Positions 53,046 to 64,000 of a DNA stretch of 64,000 nt are shown one piece after another. A model generated the notes under the pieces. That model ran no database searches, was not told where the DNA came from, and saw only the letters and a program-made list of their open reading frames with translations. Position 1 is the stretch's first letter, and each line of letters opens with the position of its first letter. Made by a program: the position numbers and the translations under genes. This DNA comes from Epiperipatus broadwayi (lineage: Eukaryota > Animalia > Onychophora): contig JAQFVV010000002.1 in assembly GCA_028023455.1 (NCBI GenBank), forward strand, positions 27,590,001 to 27,654,000, in the 5' to 3' direction.

Positions 53046-56018
53046 AGAAAGGATTCTAACTATTTTTTCACTTAAAAGTAAATTTCCCATTAGATGATCA
53101 TTTTGAATGGCAGATGTTATAAAAGCTAATAATTATTAATAGGAGTATATATGGCAGCATAAAATTCTTTTTGACTATGATACTGACAAATAAATGTATA
53201 TTTTATTTGTAATTACTGTTTCCTTTTTTAAAAATAAAATTATTAAATATTTATGTCTTAATAAGTATGTGATGTTTATACCTTTGTCTGAAGATATGAT
53301 TTTTAGGAGAAAATTAGTCTGCCAAAATTGATGTATTACCAAACAGAAAGTATCTTCTATCAAGAAATTTATATACAGGTATGATGGGAGAATTTTTTTT
53401 GTTAAGAATATTTTTTAAGACTAAAAGCTGATACAAAATTTTCTGTATTGTTAACATTTTTTTATGTGCAAAGTTAATTATTTGTGGAATATTTTTCTTA
53501 TATGAATTTATGCTAAATTTGATCAACAAAGTTTTTTTTTTATTGAAAAATATATTGAAAAAAAAAAAAAATAAAATGAGCAAAAATGATCCATGAGAAG
53601 GTACAAAATAAAATACTTAAAGAAATTGCTTAAATTTGCTCTGAAGGTTCATTAAAAAATAAGTGATAAAGCATTTTAAAATATATATATATATAAAATA
53701 AATTTAAAAAATTTTAATTACAATCTCTAAACAATTTTTTTTTTTTAGAAAAGTAAAATCTATAGAAATGGAAATGCCATTTGTTCATAAAAATAAGATG
53801 ATTAAATTAAGCAAATTTGCACAAATGAACTTTTCAACATGTCCAAATTCTAAATTTACTTAATGCATACATTTTGTTTGTTTTTATATAGATAAAAGTA
53901 TTGTTTACTTTACGAGACTAGAGTGCAAACTGCAATCATTGTTCATGATCTATCAAATGATGTATTGATATTACTATATATGGGCAAAAAAACCTATATT
54001 TGATAAAGAATAATGTTTCCAATGACACTTTTTGTCATAATTGTATAAGAGCAATTTTTCTATACTTTTTTTTTATATATTTCTCCTGAAAAAAATATTT
54101 TTTCATATACTTCTGCATGATTTAAAAAAATACTGGGTACAAACAAATATTTCATCATAATTTTATGAACATCATACTGTCATGATTTGTAATTATTAAC
54201 ACTATTTAATAAATATAATTTCATATTAAAAAAAGTAATTGTATCTGCCTTTTTATTCTTTTGATTTCTTTCACTCTTAACATTAAACATATTACAGTAC
54301 TGTATAAACAATTCTCAATTTATTCATGCAAATGATACATTGTATTACTTTTTGCTTAAGTCAAAATTTTCCTATAAGAGGATGTTAATCATTAATTGTA
54401 GAGTAGATTTAAAAATATTTTTTAACAAATGAAAATCGACTAGACATATATTGCAAAAGATGTTCGCATGATATAAGATGAATGAACAGAAAGCTGAATT
54501 GACTTATTATTCATATTTTTTTAACTATATATATATATTGAGAACTTTTTGCCCAACTCCAGATTTATATAAGCACTAAAATATCTGTAGAAATTTTTAT
54601 AAATGTGTATTATACTTTTATATATTACAATAACAATACCATGATAACAATCACATTGATTTTCATTTTTTAATTACCTGTTTAGATAATACAATGAATT
54701 ATCTAGTTGTAAATTATAGAAATATATATAATCAATGCATTTCTCAAAACATATATTTGAATTTGGCTATCTATATTTTTGGATAAAAAAATGTATGCTA
54801 TCTTAAATTATTCAAACATCACTATCTGAATAATTGCCCTTATATAATGAACTCACACTTCATCGTTCCTGCTAGTATTATTTACAGCACCCATTAAATT
54901 TATTGAACTATCAATTTTTTTGATTTATCACTGACAAATGATGGTTGCAACATAGTATTTTTCTTCAAATATATATATATATTTTAAATTTGAAAACATA
55001 CGAAGAATTATTATTATACATTTATGTGTATACTCACATACATCTTACTTGTAATTATGTTGGATTATTTTGATCATTTAGTTTAATTATTAAATGTTTT
55101 TATGAAAATTCAAACTTCAGTTAAACTTTTCAAATACATTTGACTGTTAATAATAACATGCAGGCTAGTATACAATACAATACTTTGCAATATTTTTTCT
55201 CCTTTCTTCAGATGTTGGTGGCCTGATAACAGTACGAGCATGGGAATTGAACGAATAATCTTTTCATTTTTGAACCATGATCTTTAGATTTATGAATACT
55301 GAAATTAAGATGACACTCCAACTAAGTCATTCATATATTTATCTGTTTTCCCCTTGGCCACATACATACATTTGCTATATTACACTGGATGCAACATAGT
55401 ACATTATACCTCATAACATGATATTGTAAAAAATAAATGTAAATGTGTCAAAGTGTTTACTTAAAAATTAGAGTGATTTTTAAAGTTGAGACAAACTTCT
55501 GACTATTTTGGGTATATTCGTTTTATAATTGCTATATGCTACTCTTAATATTTTTTCTCTGCTTAATCACTGCACTGAGATATATAAAAAAAATGTCACA
55601 ATTACTGTTCATTTTCATATATTAAAGACATACAAGGAAAATAATTCTTAAATAATTTTCATGGTATAATGATGAACAACATTATATTTTTTTAATATAC
55701 ACTTCATGACAAAGCAAGCACATTGCTTAATGTTTATTTTGCACAATAAAATATTCTTCCAGTTCTCTCTATTTATGTCGGATATTTTTCACTTGCATTT
55801 TGAAAATAATCTTGCTACTATGAGTCATTAAATTATAGTTTGACATAAAACACTCAAAAGATTGCTGTCATAATTGACACCTCAAAATTAAAAGAAAAAA
55901 GTCACGCATCAATGTAATTACACAACTAAACTGACACATAAAAACAGTTTCCGATCTAAGCTAGGAATAGGTAGATGCTGTGCATCTCAAGATTTTAAAA
56001 ATTTAGATTAATAAGTAT

Positions 56019-56200
56019 TAATATATATATGTGCTCTGCGCACAGTTAATGAAGCTATTAATAAATTGTCAAAATTTTTTACTGCCAAGCGCTTTCGGGG
56101 CAGTAAAAATTTTGACAATTTATTAATAGCTTCATTAACTGTGCGCAGAGCACATATATATATTAATTTATTTAAGCGTTAATGAAGTAAAATCTTAACT
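56019..56200. mobile_element. Near-perfect foldback (68-bp arms, one homopolymer indel) with a hammerhead 3' half as its loop, 12-bp TSD
   Basis: Arms 56019-56086 and 56099-56165. Loop on the minus strand is CC GAAA GCGC TT|GGCAGT. TSD ATTAATAAGTAT at 56007-56018 and 56201-56212. Confidence 0.85.
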
Positions 56201-57615
56201 ATTAATAAGTATGTATTTCAGGCTGTACATAAAAGTTCAACATTTCACATTAAGTATGACTGAACTAGGCTATACACTTATATAAGAGTCTTATTGATTT
56301 CCTATATTTTTTTTAATTGGTAAGGTTAACGAGTCATTTTTCAAACATTATAGATTACCACACTATTTTAAGATAAAAACTTCAAACACCAAAAGAGAAA
56401 TCCACTTTTGTTAGCAAAATGATGATTTAAACTTTAACACCGCAAGATTTTTTTATGCTATTTAGGGCTACAGTAAAGTATAAGATCGAAGGTCTAAATT
56501 TGTTCTATTTCATGCTGTAATTTAAAAAATATTTACACAAACAAATGACATTAAACTTTCAAACTGTAATTTATCAAAATTATTTGTAATAAACATTTGA
56601 AAATAAATTGTTGCATAGTCTATTATTTATTTTCTTTATTATAGATAAAATGATATTCTTTATATATAAACTGTCAACATGCATTTTTATTTTTTAATGA
56701 TAATTTTATGAGGACTATAATAAAGCTGTCATTAAAAATTCAATTTTGAAACTTTTCTCTCAAAATTTATAATTTATGAATAAATATGAAAGTAATAGCA
56801 TTAAAAATGGTTAAATTCTTTGTTTATTAAAACTGTACAATAACTCATTTTCTTATTTTATAGATTTTTTTGTTTTAATTTTATGACAATATTTATTTTT
56901 TCTTTTAAAAATGGCCCATTAATTCCAATTTATAAATAATTCTCTACAAAACTCATTTTGTTTATAAATCTTATTTTATGTTATGAAACTTTTCAATATT
57001 ATATATACAATATAATAAAATATATTTTCACCTATGTTCAACCATCTCCTATGATCATTTTCAATATCTGTTGCTTCATTCTAATTCATCAAATTGAATT
57101 AGATGAACTGAATTAAAACATGTGGGTAAAGAAATAAACCATGAAAATGACAACAGCAGATAGATGAAAGGTAAGTGATGTACAATAATATATTGTATAT
57201 ATGGATAGGAAGAAGAATTTAGTTGCAATTCATCCACTCTACTTAGAACACTTTTTTGGCAAAACCTTTTATTGTATCTACATACGTACACAATCTTAAG
57301 TTTCAACTGTCCTGCAGTCTTTTTCAGAGCTATGATATAATGAACAAAATAAAATACATAACTATATAATACCATAAAAAATGTAAATAATAAAATTAAT
57401 AAATAAATAAAAAAATTAATAAAAAAAAACAACCTAAAATATAACAAACATAATAAAACTCAAATAAATATAATCAAATCCAAACAAACTAGTCCAGTTA
57501 ATATAAAATAAAATATACAATATAAATATAAAATACATATAAATTTTACATGTGTATTCCTGGCTGTATATATATACATATTCACGAACAACTAATTCAT
57601 TTTTGTTATTTTCAA

Positions 57616-57747
57616 TAATCTCCTAATTACTTCTATTCCTTATAAACTTAAACTTTAAAATAATCTCCTAATTACTTCTATTCCTTATAAACTTAAACTT
57701 TAAAATAATCTCCTAATTATTTCTATTCCTTATAAACTTAAACTTTA
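57616..57747. repeat. Three-copy 45-bp tandem repeat at the axis of the 57-58 kb foldback
   Basis: taatctcctaattacttctattccttataaacttaaactttaaaa starts at 57616, 57661 and 57706. Confidence 0.92.
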
Positions 57748-58065
57748 CTTTTATTAAAGTTTAAATTTATAAGGAATAGAAGTAATTAGGAGATTATTAA
57801 AAATAACAAAAATGAATTCGTTGTTCATGAATATGCATATATACAGCCAGGAATATGTATGTATAATTTAAATGTATTTTATATTGTATATTTTATTTTA
57901 TATTAACTGGATTATTTTATTTGGGTTTGATTATATTTATTTCATTATTATTGTTTAGTTATACTTTATGTTGTTTTTTAATTAATTTTTTATTTATTTG
58001 TTTTAATGTTTACATTTTTTATGGTATTATTTATATAATTATGTATTTTACTTTGTTCATTATAT

Positions 58066-58111
58066 CATAGTTCTGAAGAAGACTGCAGGATAGTCGAAAC
58101 GTAAGATTGTG
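58066..58111 (+). ncRNA. Minimal type-I hammerhead ribozyme, canonical core
   Basis: CATAGTT CTGAAGA A GACTG CAGGA TAGTC GAAA CGTA AGATTGTG: palindromic ACGT stem III typical of dimer-acting PLE hammerheads. Confidence 0.78.
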
Positions 58112-59816
58112 TATGGATATATGTACAATAAAAGATTTTGCTAAAAAGTATTCAAAGTAGAATGGGTAAATTGCATTTATATGTTACAGCAAAATAAAGG
58201 AAGTGGTGAATTCGATAATATTTCTCAAGAATTTAGTTCATAAAATAAAACAAGATTCATAAAAAAAAAAAAATATGTGAAGGACTATTTACATATTTTA
58301 ACTTTGCATCATGCAAATTGAACTTGTTGTGAAAATTGTATTTTCAACCAAATCCATAAGAAGTGATTATGGCAACATTAGTGTCGAAGAGGATTAAAAA
58401 AAAAAACAAAAAACCATTATTTTTTGAGAAATTTAATGGAATATGTTATAACTTAATTAACTCAGATGACTATTTCAAAAACAAATTTATATTTTTATCA
58501 AGAAAGTATAAATTCTACAACTACTTTCATTTCTTTTTAAATTGGAATCAATTATTATTATTTTTTTAAAAATATATATTCTATGACTATTGTAGATTAA
58601 AATCATTTATTAAAAATAAAATATATAGTTGTGATTATATTGAAGTTTTCAAAATATTTTTTCATATTTTTGGTCGGATTTTACATTACCTTCAATCTTA
58701 AACAACTAGAGATAAATTTTCTTTATCAGAAACTTATTAGTAAATTAATTACTCACATCAGTTCCCTCAACAGATTATTAAATAACTCATATAATTTTAT
58801 TTCTGCATTCTCTTAACTTTCAATATTTTTATCACCACATTTTAATTAAGAAATAGCTAACATTATATTATTGTTGAAATCTCTGTGGTTAGGAATATTA
58901 TATACATAAACTTTAGTACGTATTAAAAAAACTCCATTTCTCTTCTGAAATTCCTTATAAGCTCAGCTGAAAATGAAGGTCATACAGTATCTAACAATTT
59001 ACTGTTATAACTTTTGATACTATTTTATCAAACACATTGCTGCTGACCATTATTGAAGATTATTCTAATTCAACTTTTTAAATTTATTTTGCGGTTATTA
59101 AATTTATTTTCCTGTTACCATTCATAATTTATTACAAATTAAAATTTAACTCCTATCGAAACTAAGTTTTTTTTTTACAAAAATTAAATGTGGTTGATAT
59201 TCTAATTATTTCATTTTCCTTCTTGTCAATTATTTATAAACACCAAGTGACATATTACAAACATGTTACAATGATTGTACATTGCTTTAATAACTAAATT
59301 TTATATACTAATCCATATTATTATAAGTATAGAATTCTGGAGCACAAAATCCATAAATCAATTCCATTTCTGGTATTTCCAATGCTTGAACTTCTTATAA
59401 ACTCTCGAGCATGAAAAACCATTTCATTATTATTATTCACTAAGGATTATTTTTAGTTTATAAAAGCACTTTGTTATCTGTCAGTTATACACACAGCAAC
59501 TGCTCTATTACATTATTTAAAATTAATAAGAATCCTTATTGTTTTTTAAAGAATTGGGCATTTTGTCAGATGTTTTCTTAAGCACATAAGTTTTTCACGA
59601 TAAAACCTTAAGATTTTCATTATTCCTGTTTTTTTTTACTCGTTAACTTCAAAATTAAATTGAAAATTGAAAAATGACATTTCAATTAGTTTAGATCGGT
59701 AGTATAATTTTATGTAATTTTTTTTTTTGAATAGCGCTTTGATAAAATTGTAAAAAAAAAAACCTAGCAAAAGGAAAAAAAAACGTTTATTTTTAAAATA
59801 TAAAAATTCATATTAC

Positions 59817-59948
59817 CTTAAATTTTCATCTTCATCATCAACTTCTACACTTTCAGATGCAAGAAAATCAAACGTATCTAATACAGATACTTCACTGTCT
59901 AATAGGGCTCCTTCTGCTATGGAAGTAGGAATTTTTTTAGCTGGCGTC
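59817..59948 (-). CDS. STRN3: Striatin-3/Cka-like, internal coding exon (132 nt, phase 2/2): TPAKKIPTSIAEGALLDSEVSVLDTFDFLASESVEVDDEDENL
   Basis: Open and in phase with the previous exon across a 104-bp GT-AG intron (ttttcag|G ... AG|gtaata). VLDTFDFL followed by an acidic run resembles STRN3 VLETFNFLENADDSDEDEE. Confidence 0.9.
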
Positions 59949-60052
59949 CTGAAAATTATCAAAGAATTCAGCCTGATGCCAAATAAATTTCATCAATAAT
60001 TTCTGGAAAGTCAGAATAAATAATTATTATTTATATTGACATAATTAGTTAC

Positions 60053-60223
60053 CTCCGTCCTTGTGTTTCACTTGCTCTTTTTCCAGTCTGTTCTCCATTA
60101 ACAGGAATGCCAGTCTGTACTTCTTCATTTGCATTATTATTTGAAGAAAGTCCTAACATTGACCTTACTCGTGACGATCGCACATCAATAATTGTATCAG
60201 TGTAACCTATTTCTTGTAAATAC
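60053..60223 (-). CDS. STRN3: Striatin-3/Cka-like, internal coding exon (171 nt, phase 2/2): YLQEIGYTDTIIDVRSSRVRSMLGLSSNNNANEEVQTGIPVNGEQTGKRASETQGR
   Basis: Peptide matches the striatin signature YLQEVGYTDTILDVRSQRVRSLLGL (calmodulin-binding region). Acceptor ttttttaatag|G at 60224-60225; donor AG|gtaact at 60051-60052. Confidence 0.95.
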
Positions 60224-63200
60224 CTATTAAAAAACCCCATCAAACTTCAAAAAACAAACAAAGAAAAAAAAAAAAAACTGTGAAAGTAAAATTTTTCTTG
60301 TTTATAAATTTACAATTTTTTTTAAGAATAGTTTTTAAATAAAGAATTGTTCTGGGGGAAAAAATAAATTAATTAATACACTGCAAATATTTAATTTATT
60401 ATTGTGCTACCAAAATTTATTTTAAAATAAAAATTCTAAATCAAGCAACAAATGTGATATTACATCAATAAACAAAACAGCTTCAAGATTAAAAATAGTT
60501 GTACATTCCTATCAAATATTCTACTCATATTTTATTTAATTGTAAGCCACCTCCAATTGTTTAATTTTATTGAAGGAATGGCATTATTGAATGTAAAACC
60601 AAGAAATTAACTTGGAACAGGTTAAACAACTTTTTTATTATTATAAGATATTATCAAGTGCAATGTCAGTGTTAATGTTTATATTACTAGTGAATAAAAC
60701 ATATTAAAGCAATTAGGCATACTTTCTTCTCAATGTCAAATGATTATTTTTCCATAGTATGAAATACGTAATTCATGACATTTCCATTTAAAAGCCACAG
60801 AATATAGCTTAACAAAATTACTATCAAAGGTATTTAAAAAATAACAACTACATATTAATTTATTTTTGGTTTGAAAATTTAACTATTTTTATTCTGTTAT
60901 TCATTTCCTACTTGATTACTGTCATTTTTATGATTATATTATTTGTTATTGACAACTTTATACCATCTGTTTTAAAAAATTAACTTAAACTTTCTGGATA
61001 CCACCACAAAAATATATACTTTTCTTGAATCAATTACTATATATGGTATATCCTTTAACACAGCAAAATTATTAGAATTACACTTAAAATATGAACAATA
61101 TTTTATTTTAATTAACCATAATTAAAAGTATTATAAATTAATTATAGCATCTTATCAAAACTATTTGCATACTATGTAGTGTAGGAATTTTCCATTACTG
61201 AATTATTGTGATATAGAAAAGCCACCCCCCCCCCCGCCAAAAAAAAAAAACCCAGTTACAATGTGATCATACATTTGAAATTGTTTTCTGTCACTACATG
61301 TAAAAATCCATTTTATTGTACAATTTTTTTTTTTTTTGGCACAAATCATTGCTATTACTATTATTATTTTTCATATTTGTTTGTATCTTTGTTTGGTACC
61401 CATTCTTCTTATGAGATTTCTCAATAACCCTTTCTTTCAATATACATAGTCTTCCACTTTTGACAGATTATTTGACAGTCAAATTATAATGTGCTAATCA
61501 GATATCTTGATTACAAATTATTGTAACATTTTTAGGATGCTTGGTATTTTCAATTTCAGACAACAGCCATCAAATTCTAAAAATATTTAATGCCAATTTG
61601 TTAGAGTACTGAATAGGCTACTTAACTGAATGTCAATATTAATGTGGTAATTCTACAAAGGTAATATCTTTAAATCTATACGATTATAGTTTCTGAAACT
61701 TGATAATAAGTCTTCTTAATCTGTTACATTTGTAACACTTAAGCATCGCATGGTTAATTGAAGTGTGACTTAGTACATTAATGAGCTGACAGATCAAATT
61801 GGTCATAAGAAAATATTAATAATTTTTACTGTTTAAATTTAATTCTAATTCATAACATTCCATAAAAAATATCTGGCACTCAATACTTTTTACAAAAACC
61901 ATACTTACATATACTAACTCTAGTTTTTTGAATAGAATCACTTATATAAACAGTTACAGATTTCTCAAGAGAGTTAGACCCAAGATCACCCAAGTCAATT
62001 ATTATTATTACTGATTAGAAATGGATTTAAAGACTTTTTAGTTAGATCTGTAAAATTTATACTATTTTAAACTTCCTTCAGATCAAAGAAAGATGATGAA
62101 ACCTAAAAGTAACTTAATCACCATTAAAGAGCAATAACTTGACATAAATTTAAGGTTAATGAAACATTACAATTTATTGCTAAGATTGAAATGGTTAGAT
62201 TATTACTGTCAACATACTCAATTTGTTCTTGTTGATTATATTATAGTAAACTAAACAAAACAGCATTTACACTGTAAATTTGTTACCTATATGAATGAAA
62301 ATTTGAAGGTTATTTTAATGTCTAAAAAACTAAATATTTTAATTTGATCATTTATTAAAATCTACTTGCCTGTTTGTATTAAGATGACTCAACCTCCTAC
62401 ATATAGAATTAATTAATGTTTTATTCCAGCAGAGTATGATTGATCTAATAGGAAGTCTTCTCTTTCCGAATTGCAATTTAAAAATTTTAAGATAACTATT
62501 TATCCCCCCCCCGCCCCACAAGACATTTATTTATCTAAATAAAATATTTGTAATAAACATTTGAAGATTAAAGATGACCGATCACTGAAAATGACATAAT
62601 AAGGCATAATGAAGATAGTTTTAAATAAAAACTGTCTTTCCAAAATATTTTAAATCATTTATGACAAAATATTCTAAAATATATATAAATATTTTCAAGT
62701 TTTTTTATCAGTGCAATCAATTAAATTCAACCATATTGCAATCTTTCAACAGCACACAAAATACCACCCTCTTTCATTACGCATGCATATTGGAATAATT
62801 CACTTTTCAGATGACATGGAATAATTTAACTTCATAATTTTTTTTTTTTTAAAGATATATTTAAAACTTCTATTCCATTACCCTATCCTGAAATATGAAC
62901 ACAGAAGTCAGAAACAGATAAATAATCCCCAAGATGCATATTTCATGCAGAAACGGTACTCATCAATAGGCCCAAGACAATCTCTTATATATAACTTCAT
63001 GATTTGTTCAGTATTTAAAAATAGCAAATTATTACAGTTTGGTTAAACTATCCACAATCCCAATTTTGAAACCATCTACTTCATATAAATCCATTGATAA
63101 TAACTTTCTCTACACCATTCTTATGCAAGCCAGTAATTGATTTCTATCCACTTTTATCATCGTATGGAAGGGTGAACAATCAATGCACTAAATATATAGT

Positions 63201-63429
63201 TTTTTGGTTTATATCAGTGCATCTCTTATCTCAACTCTACCACATAGTAATTATCCATAAGCATACTCTCACTGTGCATGCATTTTGAAATCATTTCACT
63301 TTACAGGCAAGTTAAGCATAAATACACATGGAATAATGTAACTTCTAGCACTTTCTGTACAGACAGATCATTACAATATGATAATTAAAATACAAAATTT
63401 ATTGATAAAAACTAAACTTGAAAATATTT

Positions 63430-63700
63430 TACATACATCTGAGAATATTTTAGTGGAAGAGTATTTAAAATGACATTTTGCGAAGATAGTTTTCATTAGT
63501 TAACTGTCTTCATTATGTCTTACTGCATCATTTTTAAATCTTTTATACATTTTTTTAAAGCTAGCTAACATAAAAAAACCATGTAAATAATTTGAAAATA
63601 ACGCAATAAGGCACAATGAAAAACAATTAACTTTAAGCAAAAATGGTTTTCCCAAGATGTCATTTTAAATACTTTGCAGTAAAATATTCTGAAATGTATG
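63430..63700. repeat. Old diverged foldback, with a related fragment at about 62590-62660
   Basis: gaatattttagtggaagagtatttaaaatgacatt... vs ...gatgtcattttaaatactttgcagtaaaatattct. Arms are clearly but imperfectly complementary. Confidence 0.65.
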
Positions 63701-64000
63701 CAAATTATTTGTTTAATTATTACAAATCAAGGCACTTTAGATTAGTCCTACATATAAAATATATAGGAGTTACTTTCATATTGAGAATCATCATTTACTA
63801 CTTATATACTAATTTGCATTAATTTGATTTATTATGAATTAGACAATCGTTAAGTATACAGAAATATATAATGAATTTTGAATAAATTAATAATTTTCAG
63901 CGATTTAAGTGTTTTCTAAAGTAGAGTTAGTCCAGTTGCTTTGATCATTTATGTTTTGTTTTATATTTTTCTATAAAATGACTATGGAAAAAAAATGTTT

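Larger units (their letters stand above)
57225..58226 (+). mobile_element. Foldback (about 430-bp arms) with one outward-reading hammerhead per arm, 12-bp TSD
   Basis: Arms 57225-about 57657 and about 57755-58174. TSD AAGAATTTAGTT at 57213-57224 and 58227-58238. HHR cores at 57327-57321 (minus) and 58073-58079 (plus); AATAAA about 25 nt downstream of the plus HHR. Confidence 0.85.

Noticed and set aside
57616-57747. CRISPR-like array (also the 43-bp repeat at 3236-3323)
   Set aside because: Head-to-tail repeats without unique spacers, in a spliced animal gene; no cas genes.
197-63288. Most short ORFs in the supplied six-frame track
   Set aside because: 60-150 aa, rich in F/I/L/K/N as expected from AT-rich DNA, with no recognisable motif. 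Only those overlapping striatin exons, PLE RT/GIY-YIG or the hAT transposase were kept.

Overview
Very AT-rich animal genomic DNA, probably arthropod (inferred from the protein and the intron sizes). The whole window lies inside one minus-strand gene, a striatin-family STRIPAK scaffold (STRN3/SG2NA; Drosophila Cka). Five phase-compatible internal coding exons are visible (60053-60223, 59817-59948, 52320-52404, 47745-47895, 17928-18035). The 5' exons and the WD40 exons lie outside the window. The introns (104 bp, 7.4 kb, 4.4 kb, 29.7 kb, >17.9 kb) contain TA-flanked pogo/Tigger-like elements, hAT elements and Penelope-like (PLE) RT/GIY-YIG relics. The most striking pattern is about a dozen foldback (palindromic) insertions. 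Most carry minimal type-I hammerhead ribozyme (HHR) motifs that read outward. Five have 10-14 bp target-site duplications (TSDs) and a sixth has a weaker 8-bp match; all six share one geometry, with the left arm flush to the TSD and the right arm 35-66 nt longer. In three foldbacks the symmetry axis lies inside the hammerhead itself. Also present: a retrozyme-like 415-nt HHR-to-HHR monomer, two recurrent hammerhead core variants, a structured element with a 352-nt period, and a GC-rich candidate poison exon downstream of the exon homologous to a vertebrate STRN3 cassette exon. No rRNA, tRNA or CRISPR array was seen. All alignments and folds were done by eye.
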